Below, piece by piece: positions 23,188 through 35,179 of a stretch of 52,563 nt of DNA. Numbering within the stretch: the stretch's first letter is position 1; every line of letters begins with the position of its first letter. The position numbers were made by a program, and so were the translations under genes. The notes under the pieces were generated by a model. The model worked only from the letters and a program-made list of their open reading frames with translations. It did no database searches and was not told the DNA's origin. The stretch comes from Chiloscyllium plagiosum (Eukaryota). Location: the NCBI RefSeq assembly GCF_004010195.1, contig NC_057718.1:14140492-14193054 (forward strand), given 5' to 3'.

Positions 23188-23592
23188 GGACTTTGCAGAA
23201 GTGGAGGGGGTACAGCAGGATAAATAGGGATGGGTAAGAGCAGGGATTGATCACACTGGTACACTAACTGGTGCTCTTCTGCTTTGGAACTGAGGCATGC
23301 CTCTTGGATCAGAATAGATGAATTGTGTATATTTAGCCACTGGACTTGACGGCAGCAATGTGTAACCGTGACACTGGAGGTGCCTGGAATAGAACAGCTC
23401 GCTACATTTGCCGCCACTGACATCAGTCCCTTTACTCAGTAGTAACGTTTGTTCAAACAAAAATGAGATCAAAAATGCTGGAGGGCAGGGGTTTGAAGGA
23501 GCACTGGTGTCAATCTGCTTAAATCTCTGGATTACTCAGTGAAGCAGACAGCAAGTCTAAGTGTTCAGACAGTTCTGGCTGCCATCCTGGAT

Positions 23593-23642
23593 TGACGTCA
23601 TTCAGCACTCCATATGGTTGTGGTCACCTTGACCTTTGACTG
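23593..23642. promoter_or_regulatory. CRE + E-box + perfect ERE/DR1 motif cluster
   Basis: TGACGTCA 23593-23600; CATATG 23611-23616; GGTCAcctTGACC 23622-23634; TGACCTtTGACTG 23630-23642. Confidence 0.4.
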
Positions 23643-24249
23643 TGGTGTGGATGATTTAGTCAGGGGGAAGTGCTAAGAGAGGGTTAGTCACTCTCTCTTT
23701 CTTTCATCTCATCCTGCAAGGATTTGGTTCCTGGGCTCTTGTGAACTGAGACAGTAGGTGCCATTCATATTTGACCAGGGGTGGGCATATTACCTCTTAG
23801 GCACTGATCAAGCCCCATGTTTAGGTTTGTTTGTGCCCTCCTTAGTATTCAGTTGTGTAGGCATGGACCCTCCTCAACAACCTGAGGGCACCAGCTCGGT
23901 CATCTTAACTGAGGGACAGTGCAAGGATTAAACCTTGGCTTATTTGCGGTCCCTGTGAGTTGCTGCACTATACCAGGCAGTATTATTTTTTTTAAAATGC
24001 ATTTGTTTAGTTGCTGTGGACATTACTGACCAGGCCAGCATTTATTGCAGATCCCTAATCCCATTTTAGAATCTTGTGCGTCTGGAATCACATATAAACC
24101 AGACCAGATAAGGACAGCAACTTCCAAAGAATGCTAGTGAACCAGATGGAATTTTACTATAATTGATGGAGATTATGAAGCTGCCTTTAGTTACCTGGGG
24201 TGTTTTGACTATGTAACTAGTACAATAAACAAGTGAGAACTGGCGAATG

Positions 24250-25660
24250 AGATTTATTTAGTTTTTTGGAAGGCTTTTGATAAAATCCCTCAACAGGTTA
24301 GTGGGCAAAATTGAAGCACATGGGCTGGGGATAATATAGTGACATGGATTGAAGATTGCTTGATAGACATGAAACAGAGAGTGGAATTAAATGGGTCTTT
24401 TTCCATGTTGCAAGTAGGAACTGGTGGGGTAGGTGAGCATCAGTGTTCAGCCCCAGCTATTGATGACATTTGTAAATGGCCTGGATGAGGAAACCAAATA
24501 CAACGTTTTCATGTTTGCTGATGTTATAAAACTGTGAATTGCGAAGCTTGGCTTTCAAGGTGATTTAGACCAGTTGAGCAAGTGGGCAAACACATAGCAA
24601 TATGGCTAAGTGTAAAGTTATACACTATGGTGTGAGAAATGGAAAATAAGAGTATTTTTTTAAATGACGATAATGTTGGAATGTGTGGATTTAGAAAGAA
24701 ACCTGGGTGTCCTTGTAAACTAGTCAATGAAATTGACTGGAAGGCAAAGGGTATATTGACCTTCATTGCAAGAAGATTTGAGTTCAGAAGTAGGGATGTG
24801 TTACTGCAGCTATACAAGGACTACACATGGAGTACTATGTGTAGTTTTGGTCTCCCTATCTAAGAAAGGAAACACTTGCCATGGAGGAAGTGGGCTGATT
24901 CCAGGGTGGCAGGACTGTCCAGGGAGAAGGAATTGGTTCCACTGGGTCTGTATTTACTTGAGTTTAGAAGGATGAAAGGAAATCTGATTGAAACATTTAT
25001 AATTCTAAGAGGCCTGGACAAATTAGATGTAGGGAGGATGTTTTCTCTAGTTGGGGAATCGAAAACAAGGGACACAGACTCAGGATGTGGGGTAGGCCAT
25101 TTTGGACTGAGATGAAGAAATATTGCTTCTCTCAAAGAATGGTGATCCTGGGGAATTCTCTACCACAGAAGGCTATAGAGGCCAAATCACTGAATGTATT
25201 CAAGAAAGAGATTGATAAACTTTTAGATTTTAAAGGCTTCAAGAGATATAGAATTCCTACAGTATGGAAACAGGCCCAACAAATCCACATTTACTCTCTG
25301 GAGAGCAACCCATCAAGACTCACTCCCCTCGATCCCTGATTAATGTATCAACCTACATATCCCTGAACACTATGGGCAATTTAGCATGGCCAATGCACCT
25401 AACCTGCACATCTTTGGACCGTGGGAGGAAACCCACGCAGACATGGGGAGAATGTGCAACCTCCACACAGACAGTCACCTGAGGCTAGGATCAAACCCAG
25501 GTCCCTGGCGCTATGAGGCAGCAGTGCTAACTACTGAGCCACTGTGTCGCCTGATATGGGGAGCAAGCAGGAATATAGCATTGAAGTAGTGAATATGGCA
25601 TGATCATATTGATTACAGAGTTGGCTCAAAGGGCTGAATGGCCTACTCCTAGCTTTTATG
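24250..25660 (+). mobile_element. Old CR1 RT and 3' region with a nested HE1 SINE
   Basis: AAGGCTTTTGATAAAATCCC (KAFDK), TTTGCTGATG, and GNLIETFIILRGLDKLDVGRMF (ORF 24876-25115); CR1 tail at about 25560-25660. Confidence 0.85.
25248..25550 (-). mobile_element. HE1/V-type SINE nested in CR1
   Basis: GGGCAATTTAGCATGGCCAATGCACCTAACCTGCACATCTTTGG...GAGGCAGCAGTGCTAACTACTGAGCCAC. Confidence 0.9.
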
Positions 25661-26046
25661 GTAGCTCTTAATACCAGATTTTATTGAATTCAGTTGCACC
25701 ATCCACCATGGTGGGATTTGAAGCTTCATCCTCAGATCATTAACCTTGGTTTCTGGATTGCTAGTTCCTATAACATTAGCAGTGTCTCCTTCTGGGTCTA
25801 ACCGAGGGGGAGGGGGTTTCTGCTTGTGTTGGGCATCCTTGCGGTTTTAAGAGTTGACTGCTTAGGCAAACGCTTGGAGTAAAATATAGTGTGGGGCTTG
25901 GTGCTTTTAGTTTGTGGGAGGCAGTGGACTTGTCATTGTTGGTGACATGGTCATTTAATTGTCATTGACCAGCCAGATTCAGAGCTCATTAACTGTGATT
26001 GGCTGAAACATCTAGCATGGTCCTTCTTCCTTAGAAAGGAGAGGCC

Positions 26047-26135
26047 GAGTCCTGAAGAAGGGTTACACCCGAAATGTTAACTTCTCCACCTCCTGATGCT
26101 GCCTGGCTTGCTGTGTTCTTCCAGCCTCCTGCTTG
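26047..26135 (+). mobile_element. Penelope-like terminal fragment with a hammerhead-like core
   Basis: AGTC-CTGAAGA-A-GGGT tac ACCC-GAAA-TGTTAACT; same subfamily as 3368-3499. Confidence 0.75.
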
Positions 26136-26172
26136 ATGTAAAGTTCTGGCAGGTTGCTTTAGTGACGCTGCC

Positions 26173-26640
26173 CATAGAGTCATAGAGTCATAGAGATGTA
26201 CAGCATGGAAACAGACCCTTCGGTCCAACCCATCCATGCCGACCAGATATCTCAACCCAATCTAGTCCCACCTGCCAACACCCGGCCCATATCCCTCCAA
26301 ATCCTTCCAATTCATATACCCATCCAAATGTCTCTTAAATGTTGCAGTTGTGCCAGCCTCCACCACTTCCTCTGGCAGCTCATTCCATACACGCACCACC
26401 CTCTGCGTGAAAAAATTGCCCCTCTCTCCTTAAACCTATGCCCTCTAGTTCTGGACTTCCCCACCCCAGGGAAAAGACTTTGTCTATTTAGCCTATCCAT
26501 GCCCCTCATGATTTTATAAACCTCCATAAGGTCACCCCTCAGCCTCCGACACTCCAGGGAAAACAGCCCCAGCCTGTTCAGCATCTCCCTAACACTCAAA
26601 TTCTCCAACCCTGGCAACATCCTTGTAAATCTTTTCTGAA
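26173..26640 (-). mobile_element. CR1 3' fragment (inverted partner of 16453-16943)
   Basis: ORF 26312-26707: VQKRFTRMLPGL...RRLRGDLMEVYKIM; (ATAGAGTC)n tail. Confidence 0.95.
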
Positions 26641-27080
26641 CCCCAACACTGAGAACAAACCTGGGTTTTACACAGCTATTGCCATTCTCTAAAATCACCA
26701 TCACCACTGACTTGTAAAGATCTTACACACTTGTCCAACTCCACACTTTGGTTACAGTCCAATAATGAGCTCACCTGCCTGCAATTGTCATTCCTTTTTA
26801 ACATCCTAATGGTTCATTATAAGAGTCAAGGATTGGTGAAAGATGTAGAAGGGATCTGAGAAGCTCGTGAACAGAACTTGAGGTGAAGGACTGTCCAACA
26901 TAGTGCTTTCTAAGGTTCATCTCAGAGATGTAAATAATCTAACACTGGTGCTGATTTAACTTTGCCTCATTGATGGTTCTGGTCTCATGCTGATAGATAA
27001 TCTGTTCATGCTGATGTACCCTGATTATCCACCCATTCTGAAGGTGTGACCTTTGTTTATCATTCACTCTATGACTTGGA

Positions 27081-27410
27081 ATGGCATGGTGGCTCAGTGG
27101 TTAGCACTGCTGTCTCACAGCACCAGGGACCTGGGTTCAATTCCACCCTCAGGTGACTGCCTGAGGGGTGTTTGCACACTCTCCCCATGTCTGTGGGTTT
27201 CCTTTTGCAATCCATGGACCTGCAAGTTAGGTGAGTTGCCAATGCTAAACTGCCTATAATGTCTAGGGATGTGTAGGCTAGGTGAATTAACCATGGAGAA
27301 TGCAGGGTTATGGGGACAGGTCAGGGAGGTGGATCTGGGTGAGCTGTCCATGTGGACATGATGGGTCATATGGCCTTTTTCCACACTGTAAGGATTCCAT
27401 GATTGATTCA
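27081..27410 (+). mobile_element. HE1/V-type SINE
   Basis: GGCATGGTGGCTCAGTGGTTAGCACTGCTG...GGGTTCAATTCC...TTTGCACACTCTCCCC...CCACACTGTAAGGATTCC. Confidence 0.9.
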
Positions 27411-28232
27411 TGATGATCTATATGAAATTACTGGTATTCCTTTGTGGCTACTGACTTGATTGATAACTATTGCAACCCTTTTCCCCACCAAATTTCTCAT
27501 GGTCCTCACAAAAGGACTGGCTCATACTGTAGAGGTATCAGTCCGAGGGGCAGGCAGATCTCCATTCCGATATGAGCTGACCACCCATTGTGAGGCCTTC
27601 CTGAGTGGAATAGCCCAGTCTCTCACTAAGACCAACCAATGAGCAATCAGCTTTCTTTACAGTGCTCTCTTCTGAATGTGCAACAAGAGAGGCTATTAGC
27701 ACTGAAAACTTATTGTTTTGAGGAAGAATAGTTTACCTTGGTTGCTGGACGACAGAGGGTGTCTGGCTCTTCCAATTCAGAGTTTAACAGCTTGAGAGAA
27801 TTTGTTTTGAAATAAAGTCAAAAGTGAAGAACTTTTCCTGTTTGGAAAAGTGGCTAATCACCAGGGCAGCAGTGAAGTCAGCAAAGCCTTACACATTTTT
27901 TGATCATTGCTGTGCACAGTTTGTCTGCTGCGTCATTAGTACTGACTCTGTGAATCTGTCTTGAGTGCACTCAGATCCCCCACTGAGCTCTGCTTTTCTG
28001 ATCTGCTTATGATCCACAGCTCTGCTTCTCCTTATTGACAGGTAATATCTGATAGCGAGGAGCTGGGTTCCTAACCTGTGACCTGTGCTAGGGAACGCTT
28101 TGATATCTTTCCTCTCTGTTCACAGCAGAGATATCTCAATGAAGCAAATCCCTGGGGCCTGGGGGCAGCTTAGCTTCAGTGAAGGACCACAAAACCAACA
28201 AGGATATAATTAAGATTTAACTGCACGGCTAC

Positions 28233-28266
28233 TGTGTGTGTGTGTATGTGTGTGTGTGTGTGTGTG
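28233..28266. repeat. (TG)n microsatellite
   Basis: Read directly from the sequence. Confidence 0.95.
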
Positions 28267-28922
28267 AATCTGCGAAGAGATGGGTGGAGTGATTGTAACC
28301 TATTTTAAATTGGTTCATTAGAAACGGAGGGGAGAACAAAAGGCTGTGGTGACGCCTTGACTTTAATGAAAAGGCAGCGGTGTTTAAGAAATAATGAAGG
28401 ATTCATTCATGTGACTTCTCACTCCACCTAAGTGGGGTCAGCAGTTAATGGTAAGATCTGTGGTTCATGGTAACTCTCCCCACCATACTCCTCTCTACCT
28501 ACCCCTCACAGCTTTATCCTCTGACACTCGTTCTTCCTCATACCTTTCTACACCCCACACTATTCACTTGCATAATGGTTTAGATTCCAGGCCAGACAGT
28601 CCTCCACGTTTTAAGACAGTTACATGGCGTAGTGATATGTGCGATTCTGGTATAAACATAGCTGGTTCACCTTTAGTCACTGCCTTTGACAGTTTAGTGT
28701 CTTCAGTCAAGTGTGTCTGTGGGTGTGAGTGTGTGTGTGATGTATGTTAACATGAAGTATAACATGTGTGACGATGTGTGTAAGTCTGTTATATTGTAAC
28801 AATGTGAAGTGTTCTTGTTGGAAATAAACTTCACGATGTCTGACTCAGCAAGAACCTGACTCTCTGTAGTACATGTTTACATGGACTACTGTATTAAAAA
28901 TCACCATATTCTCTTACATCCC

Positions 28923-29056
28923 AAATAAAAGGAAAATACAGTGGATGCTGGAAATCTGAAGCAAGCACAGAGACTGCTGGAGAAACTCAGCAAGTCTGGC
29001 AGCATCTGTGGAGACAGAAACAGAGTTAACATTTTGAGTTCAATATGATTCTTCTT
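28923..29056 (-). mobile_element. Old Penelope-like terminal fragment
   Basis: GGATGCTGGAAATCTGAA...CTGGAGAAACTCAGCAAGTCTGGCAGCATCTGTGGAGACAGAAACAGAGTTAAC. Confidence 0.7.
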
Positions 29057-29804
29057 GAAAACCCCTTGCAGCCCTCCTTCCACTCACATCCCTCTCCCAC
29101 CACTTCACATTGCACATTGTATGATCGGTACTCAACATTGGATATAGGGCATTAGACTTTAACAGCACAGGCTGCTGTCAGCCTTCTCCGCACAAGAGAA
29201 TGACCCTCTGCTACAAAGGGAGGGTGTTGCAGGTCATGAGAGGTGAGCTCTCCTCACACTGGGAAACCTGACCCTCGGGGGCTGGGGCTTTAGTTTGGGC
29301 CACCTGCACTTTGGATCCCATAATCTTCCGTGAGTGATAGAAGTACCTGGCTCTCTCACATGACCTTTAATTCCAGGTTTCAAAGCCACTGTGTTATGTG
29401 ACCTGAAGAATTCACCTTCAGTTGGGTGACCGAGCTTGTTTAAAGAGACATTTAGCATTTTTTTTTCAGGCTGACCTTTTGCCTGCTCGTAAAATTTCAA
29501 GCAGTTTCAGATGAATTGAAGTGAGTGATTATAGAGTAGGACACTGTCAATCCAGAGATCGGGGAAGGGAGTGGGGGTTGGGCAGGAGTCGATGGGTTAT
29601 GATAGCAAAGGGGCTAAATACATATTGACTTGCTTTCTGCTTCCCAAAGCTGAAATGGTGCCCCTTGTCATGAGAGAATGTATTGATAGATGTTGTATGT
29701 CCAGGACTCAACCCGTATCTTCTTCAAGGCAATTTCAATGAGTGACTGTTGAAGGATGTCCCACAGATGGATGACCTGTGCGTGGTACAATTTGTGATCT
29801 TAAA

Positions 29805-30215
29805 GACTGGGTCTTTTTTCACTGGTGCACAGGAGGCTGAGGAGTGACCTTATAAAGGTCTATAACACCCTGAGGGATGTGGATAAGGTGAATGACAAGC
29901 ATCTTGTCCCTAGCGTGGGGAGAGTTCAAAACCACGGGGGGTTTTTTTTTAGATGAGCGGGGAAAGTTTTGAAAAGGACATGAGGGGCAATTTTTTTACA
30001 CAGAAAGTGATTCATGTGTGGAATGAGCTGCCAGAGGAAATGGTGGATGCAGGTAAAATTACAATGTTTAAAAGACATGTCGGTAAGTTTGTGATTAGGA
30101 AAGATTTGGAGGGATATGCGCCAAACGCAAGCAAGTGGGACTCATTTAGTTTGGGACCCTTTGGAGTGGTTAGACCGAAGGGTCTGTTTCCGTGCTGTGT
30201 GACTCTGCGACTATA
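29805..30215 (+). mobile_element. CR1 3' fragment
   Basis: ORF 29953-30216: FEKDMRGNFFTQKVIHVWNELPEEMVDAG. Confidence 0.9.
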
Positions 30216-30239
30216 AACCGTATATTATCACACCAGCCA

Positions 30240-30580
30240 CTGACAGAATCTCGCAGCACAGCATGAGACCATTCAGCCCATAACAGCTGTGGTCATGTTT
30301 GAAAAGGTTGCCAATTAAAAGAGCACTCCTGCTCTTTGCCATAACCTGCATTCTATCCCCATCACAAATTAATCCATTCCCATTTTAAATGTTATGATTG
30401 AATGTGTTTCCATCGCCCTTTCGGGCAGCGTGTTCCAGATCATGACAACCTGTTGAGTAGGAAAGAAGGGCTCCCTTCATTTTCTGGTTCTTTTGCTTAT
30501 TGTCTTAAATCCTTTGGTGACTGAGCCTTCCTTACACAGAGAACAATTTCTCCGTATCTGCACTGTCCAAACCCGTTACC
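30240..30580 (-). mobile_element. Very old CR1 3' fragment
   Basis: GACCATTCAGCCCAT...GGCAGCGTGTTCCAGATCATGACAACC pattern of a minus-strand CR1 end. Confidence 0.55.
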
Positions 30581-30671
30581 TCTCTTTGAGGGCTGTGTAG
30601 TTTCTGGAATGGGCAAATTGATTTGAGTATATATGGAACATGTGGTAGGTGTGATCATATGATTTGTGTAG

Positions 30672-30802
30672 GTAAAAACAAGGGTTGCAGATGCTGGAAA
30701 CCAGATTCTAGATCAGAGTGGTGCTGTAAAAGCACAGCAGGTCAGGCAGCATCCGAGGAGCAGGAAAATCGACGTTTCGGGTAAAAGCCCTTCATCAGGA
30801 AT
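30672..30802 (-). mobile_element. Penelope-like terminal fragment (family A) with hammerhead core
   Basis: Minus strand 30771-30798 reads CTGATGA-A-GGGC tttt ACCC-GAAA-CG-TC. Confidence 0.85.
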
Positions 30803-31673
30803 ATAGCCTACCCTGAGCTTGCTTAACTGCTGTTAGTGAGAATCACTAAAACAATTTAATTGGAATGTGTGGGCACTTGTTCATTTCTTCAAATTATTAG
30901 GTTTTTATTTCTTAATAAGTACCCTAAGCTCAGGAATTCCCTCCCTTGATTGAAGTCTAGCTGTCCCTTTCTCCCTCCTCTATCTTTAAGACCCTTCTTA
31001 AATATTACCTCACAGGCCAACCTAATATCTCTTTTTATCTGGCTTTGGGTCATATTTCATTTGGAAATCTCGCAGTGAAGCTTAATAGGATGTTTTAAGT
31101 GCACCGAAACACCACGTACAGTTGAAAGAAGGCCATTCGGCCCTTAATGTCTCTCATGCCCTTAACCATGGTCCATGTACTTCATCTAAAGTTGGGCTTC
31201 TCTTTGTGGAATTCACTGTTTGAATTTCTTGAGTTTGCTCATGTTTTTCTGGAAGGATGCTGATGGGCAGGTTTCATTGTGAAATGGTTCTCCCTCCGTG
31301 GGCAGCCTGGTCCTCAGTTAACGATAGTGAGAGAACATTCTAGCACAATTAGAGCAAACAAGCAATAATCATATCCTCTTCATGAAATAAACCCCCACTC
31401 GTAATCTTTGTATCAAAATACTCAGCACCCTGGCAATTCACTCTATGGCGTTTTTTTTTAGTGAAGATGACTCTTTATGTGCTCAAAAGAAAAAAGAATG
31501 ATTTTTTGATGGGGGAAGGGGATTCAAATTCTTTTTCAAAGCTTTACTGAGATGAGCTGTCATTTGTTTTCAGCCTCTTGGTGAACTGTCAACAGTTATT
31601 AAACCAAAAGGTTTAGTACAGTTAAACAATGCTATTGATTGTGAACAAGACATCTTCGCTGTGTGGTTGGTCC

Positions 31674-31950
31674 TGTGTGTGTGTGTGTGTTTATCACTGC
31701 CTCTTGTTGTGTGTCCAAGTGTCTGTGTGTGTTTGTGTATTTGTGTGTGTGTGTGTTTGTGTAATTGTGTGTGTGTGTGTCTGTCAGTGTGTCTTTGTCT
31801 TTGTCTCTTCCAGTCCATCCGTCTGTCTTTCTGTGCCTGCCTCTCAGTGTATGTGTGTGTGCCTCACTTTATGTGGGTTGCTGTCTCTTGCTGTGTTTGT
31901 ATGTAATTCTATCACTGTTTGTGTTTTTCTCTCTCACTCAGTGTGTGTCT
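31674..31950. repeat. TG/TC low-complexity tract
   Basis: Read directly; the overlapping ORFs are Cys/Val artefacts. Confidence 0.9.
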
Positions 31951-32289
31951 TTTATGCATCCTCATTTTCTCCCTCTTTGGCATATGCCCCCTCTATTCTG
32001 TGACATTATCTGTATTCTTCAATGTCCTTGTCTGGTAGGGTTACAGGACGTGTGTAAAAATGTCAGTTCCTCAATGAGGGTATGTAGCCATGTACTTGAG
32101 GCCCATTCCCTTGTAACTCTGGGAAGACGTGACTGGGGTGTGCAGTTCCATAGTGTGTTTTATCGAGAGTATACCTCATAATGGGGAGCCTTTAATACCC
32201 TCCCACCCCGTTGTTGATAGATACCATTTGGTATTCTGCTGAACAAACACCAACTTAATTCAGAGCTTTGTGTGTTGTTATAAGATATG

Positions 32290-32470
32290 CAACCATTCCT
32301 TTACCTCAGTTTAACACTTCATCTGAGATAACAGCACTGCCAACAGTGCAGCACCCCCACAGCATGGCAACGGGGAGAGTCAGTCCAGATTTTTGTGCTC
32401 CCATCACTGGAGTGGAACTGGAATTTACAACATTGTAACTGTGAAGCAAGGGTGTACCAATCTCAACACA
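32290..32470 (-). mobile_element. Deu-domain SINE fragment
   Basis: CCTCAGTTTAACACTTCATCTGAGA...CAACAGTGCAGCACCCCC...GGAGTGGAACTGGAA. Confidence 0.6.
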
Positions 32471-32655
32471 GCTGCTCTGTGCTTCAGTGTTTGATCAAGC
32501 CTCAAAATTAAGTAAATTTGTGATCAATGTAAAACAGAGAGACTGAGAAGAGGGAGAAGAATATACAGCAAAAGGCATATTGAGTGTTAACTGTAAGGCA
32601 CTGTTTTATTTAGAATAATACTGGATATATGGTACAGAAACAGGCCATTGCCTCC

Positions 32656-33080
32656 ATAATTATGAAATGCTTTGAGAGGTTGGTTACGGCTCACATCACC
32701 TCCAGCCTACCAAATTGCCTTCATCCTTTGCAATTTGCTTACCGGGCAACAAGTCCATAGCAGATGCTATTTCCCTGGCCTGACACTCATCCCTGGAACA
32801 TCTATAAAACAAGAGCACCTACATCAGGCTCTGACTTATTGACGGTGGAGCTGTAGTTCCACATAAACTCATCTCTAAACCAGAGGTTCCTCCTCTAACT
32901 GGATCCTTGACTTCCTGACCCAAAAACCAAAATTCGGACAAACAGGTGACAGTACCTACTCCACCATAATCCTCAGTACCGGTGCCCTGCAAGTCTATGC
33001 ACTCAGCCCCTATTGTGCTCCTTATACACTCATGGCTGTGTGGGCAGACTCTGTCCCAACTCCATTTCCAAGTCAAATTC
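32656..33080 (+). mobile_element. Rex1/Babar-clade LINE reverse-transcriptase fragment (pseudogenised)
   Basis: Translates IMKCFERLVTAHITSSLPNCLHPLQFAYR.NKSIADAISLA*HSSLEHL*NKSTYIRL*LID, a typical Rex1/Babar RT segment; sits inside an old CR1 tail. Confidence 0.85.
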
Positions 33081-33989
33081 AAAAATGCCAGTGTTTATGC
33101 TTCACTTGACCCTCCATCAATCTTTTCTCATCTAAATCTGCTACCATAATCCTCTATCCCGTTGTCCCTTATGCATATCAAACCTTCCCTTAAATGTGTC
33201 CACCCATTTCACCTCTTTATGGCAATGTGTTCTACTGACTGGGTAAGATGGTTTATATTTGACAGAAAGGGCTGGGGGTGGGTGCACTGTTCTGTCAGGA
33301 GTTGTCTTGAACGGATGGACCCCAGTGGTTTGTGTCGGGGACTGTGTCAGTGAGTATGGATTCCCGTTAGCTCAGTTTCAGTCACTGATACCTCACCTTT
33401 ACAGCAGGGGTCCAGGACACTTCAAGAGACAAGAAGTGCTCAGAGGCCGAGTAGGTTCTGTCAGCCTCTGTCCCCTCGGATGGTGGCCTTGTTGCTTCTC
33501 GGGCAGCGGGAGGCTAACAAGGTAATCACCTTCTGTCAAAAGGCTCACATCTTAATCCTCTTCTTAAGTGGCTGTAGTAAGAACAGCCCTGAGTCCTGGG
33601 TCTGGAGCTTTGTTGCTCTGTGCTGAAACATTCCTTTCATCCCGTGGCGAGCATGTTATACTAAAAAGAAGTCAATGAACCAAATGAAAGGTTCTCTCTG
33701 AGAGTGAGGCAATTAATTCATCTCTTTACCATTAATTTATTGTGAGACGTAATTAGTTTCTATGAAGGAGGGTGCTGGGAAATGGTTGAAAAGGAAGATA
33801 ATTAACCTTATCCACTTGAGTGAGGGGAAATGACACAGAAACAGTCATTCTATTGGAAGGGCACCTGTAAACACTGCGATTGATTCAGAGAAACGTTACA
33901 CTGAATCAGAGCAGATGAACTTAGTAAAACTGCAGGAAATATTTTTGCAGCACCTTCACCAGAATGACCAGGTTGTGATTGAAGGATGC

Positions 33990-34570
33990 TTAAGACGTTG
34001 TGGGGGTGATGGAGTGGCTAGCAGAGTTAAAAGGGGATGTTTGCAGTGGAGGCAGTGGTCAAGCGTTGAAACTATTTTATCGAATAGTTGCATGTCTTAC
34101 ATGATCCCGTCCCTCCTGAGCTGAAGAGTGCAGTTAGAAAATTCACTTTAAAAATGCTTAACATCCCATTTAACCCGTTAAGTAGAACAGAGATGGTTGG
34201 GCAGGTGATGTGCTGCAGCTGTAGTGTGTGGGAGTGGGTGTGATCCACAGTGACCACATCTGCAGTAAGTGTGGGATACTCAAGAAATGTTAGCTCAGAG
34301 GTGATGAGCTGGAGTCCAAGCTGCAGACACTGCGGCACATCACAGAGGAGGAGAATTAACCGGACATTGCATTTTAGGACATGTTTGTACCTCTTAGATG
34401 AATATCAAATTTTATCCATGGTCAAGTGCAGGGGGTTGTGACTGCAAGTGAAGCAGGTAGGAGTAACCAGAATTGAGCTTTGGAGGAACCTCGGGCAGTA
34501 CCCTTGTCCATTATTATGAGGTTCTTGCTCCCTGTGTAGCTGAAGGCATACACTGAAGGAAAGTTGAGCA
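33990..34570 (+). mobile_element. Degenerate CR1 5' UTR and ORF1 N-terminus (Cys-rich zinc finger)
   Basis: ATGGTTGGGCAGGTGATGTGCTGCAGCTGTAGTGTGTGGGAG (MVGQVMCCSCSVWE) and CACATCTGCAGTAAGTGT (HICSKC). Confidence 0.6.
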
Positions 34571-34589
34571 AATTGGCAAATGCATCATG

Positions 34590-35087
34590 ATCCAGAGCAG
34601 TATTCGAGAGAACATCTCCGGGGCGCACGCATGAAGCAACCCCACTGTCCCGTGACTGAACACTTAACTCCCTCTTCCACTCCCCCAAGGTCTTGCAGGT
34701 CCTGGGCCTCCTCCATTACCACACCCTTACCATCCGCCTCATCTTCCGCCTTGGGATCAATGTGAATTTTACCAGTTTCCTCATTTCCCCTCCCCTCCAC
34801 CTTATCCCAGATCCAGCCTTCCAACTCGGCACTGTCCTCTTAATGTGTCCTACCTGTCCATCTTCCTTCCCACCTATCTGCTCCACCCTCCTCTCCCACC
34901 TATCATCATTACCCCCACCTTCATCCATCTATCACACTCTCAGCTACCTTCTCCCAACCCCACCCCTCTCCCATTTATCTCTCATCCCCCCCCGTCCTTC
35001 ATTCCTGATGAAGAGCTTATGCCCGAAACGTCAGCTCTCCTGCTCCTCGGATGCTGCCTGACCTGCTGAGCTTTTCCAGCACCACAC
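34590..35087 (+). mobile_element. Penelope-like element 3' end (GIY-YIG C-terminus, C-rich linker, hammerhead-bearing terminal repeat)
   Basis: REHLRGARMKQPHCPVTEH / MQVLGLLHYH...LIFRLG.INVNFTSF, then CTGATGAAGAGCTTATGCCCGAAACGTC at 35005-35032. Confidence 0.9.
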
Positions 35088-35179
35088 ACTTGACAGGAAT
35101 CAAGTGGGGTCAGGAAAGAAATGCTATCACAGTTATTTGTTTTTATTTCCAGCATCCACAGGTTTTTAAAATTTATTTC

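Noticed and set aside
28459..28880. Possible solo LTR (TG...CA with AATAAA)
   Set aside because: No TSD or matching inverted termini identified; boundaries arbitrary.
31421..31441. REST/RE1-like CTCAGCACC
   Set aside because: Only the left half-site matches; the GGACAG right half is absent.
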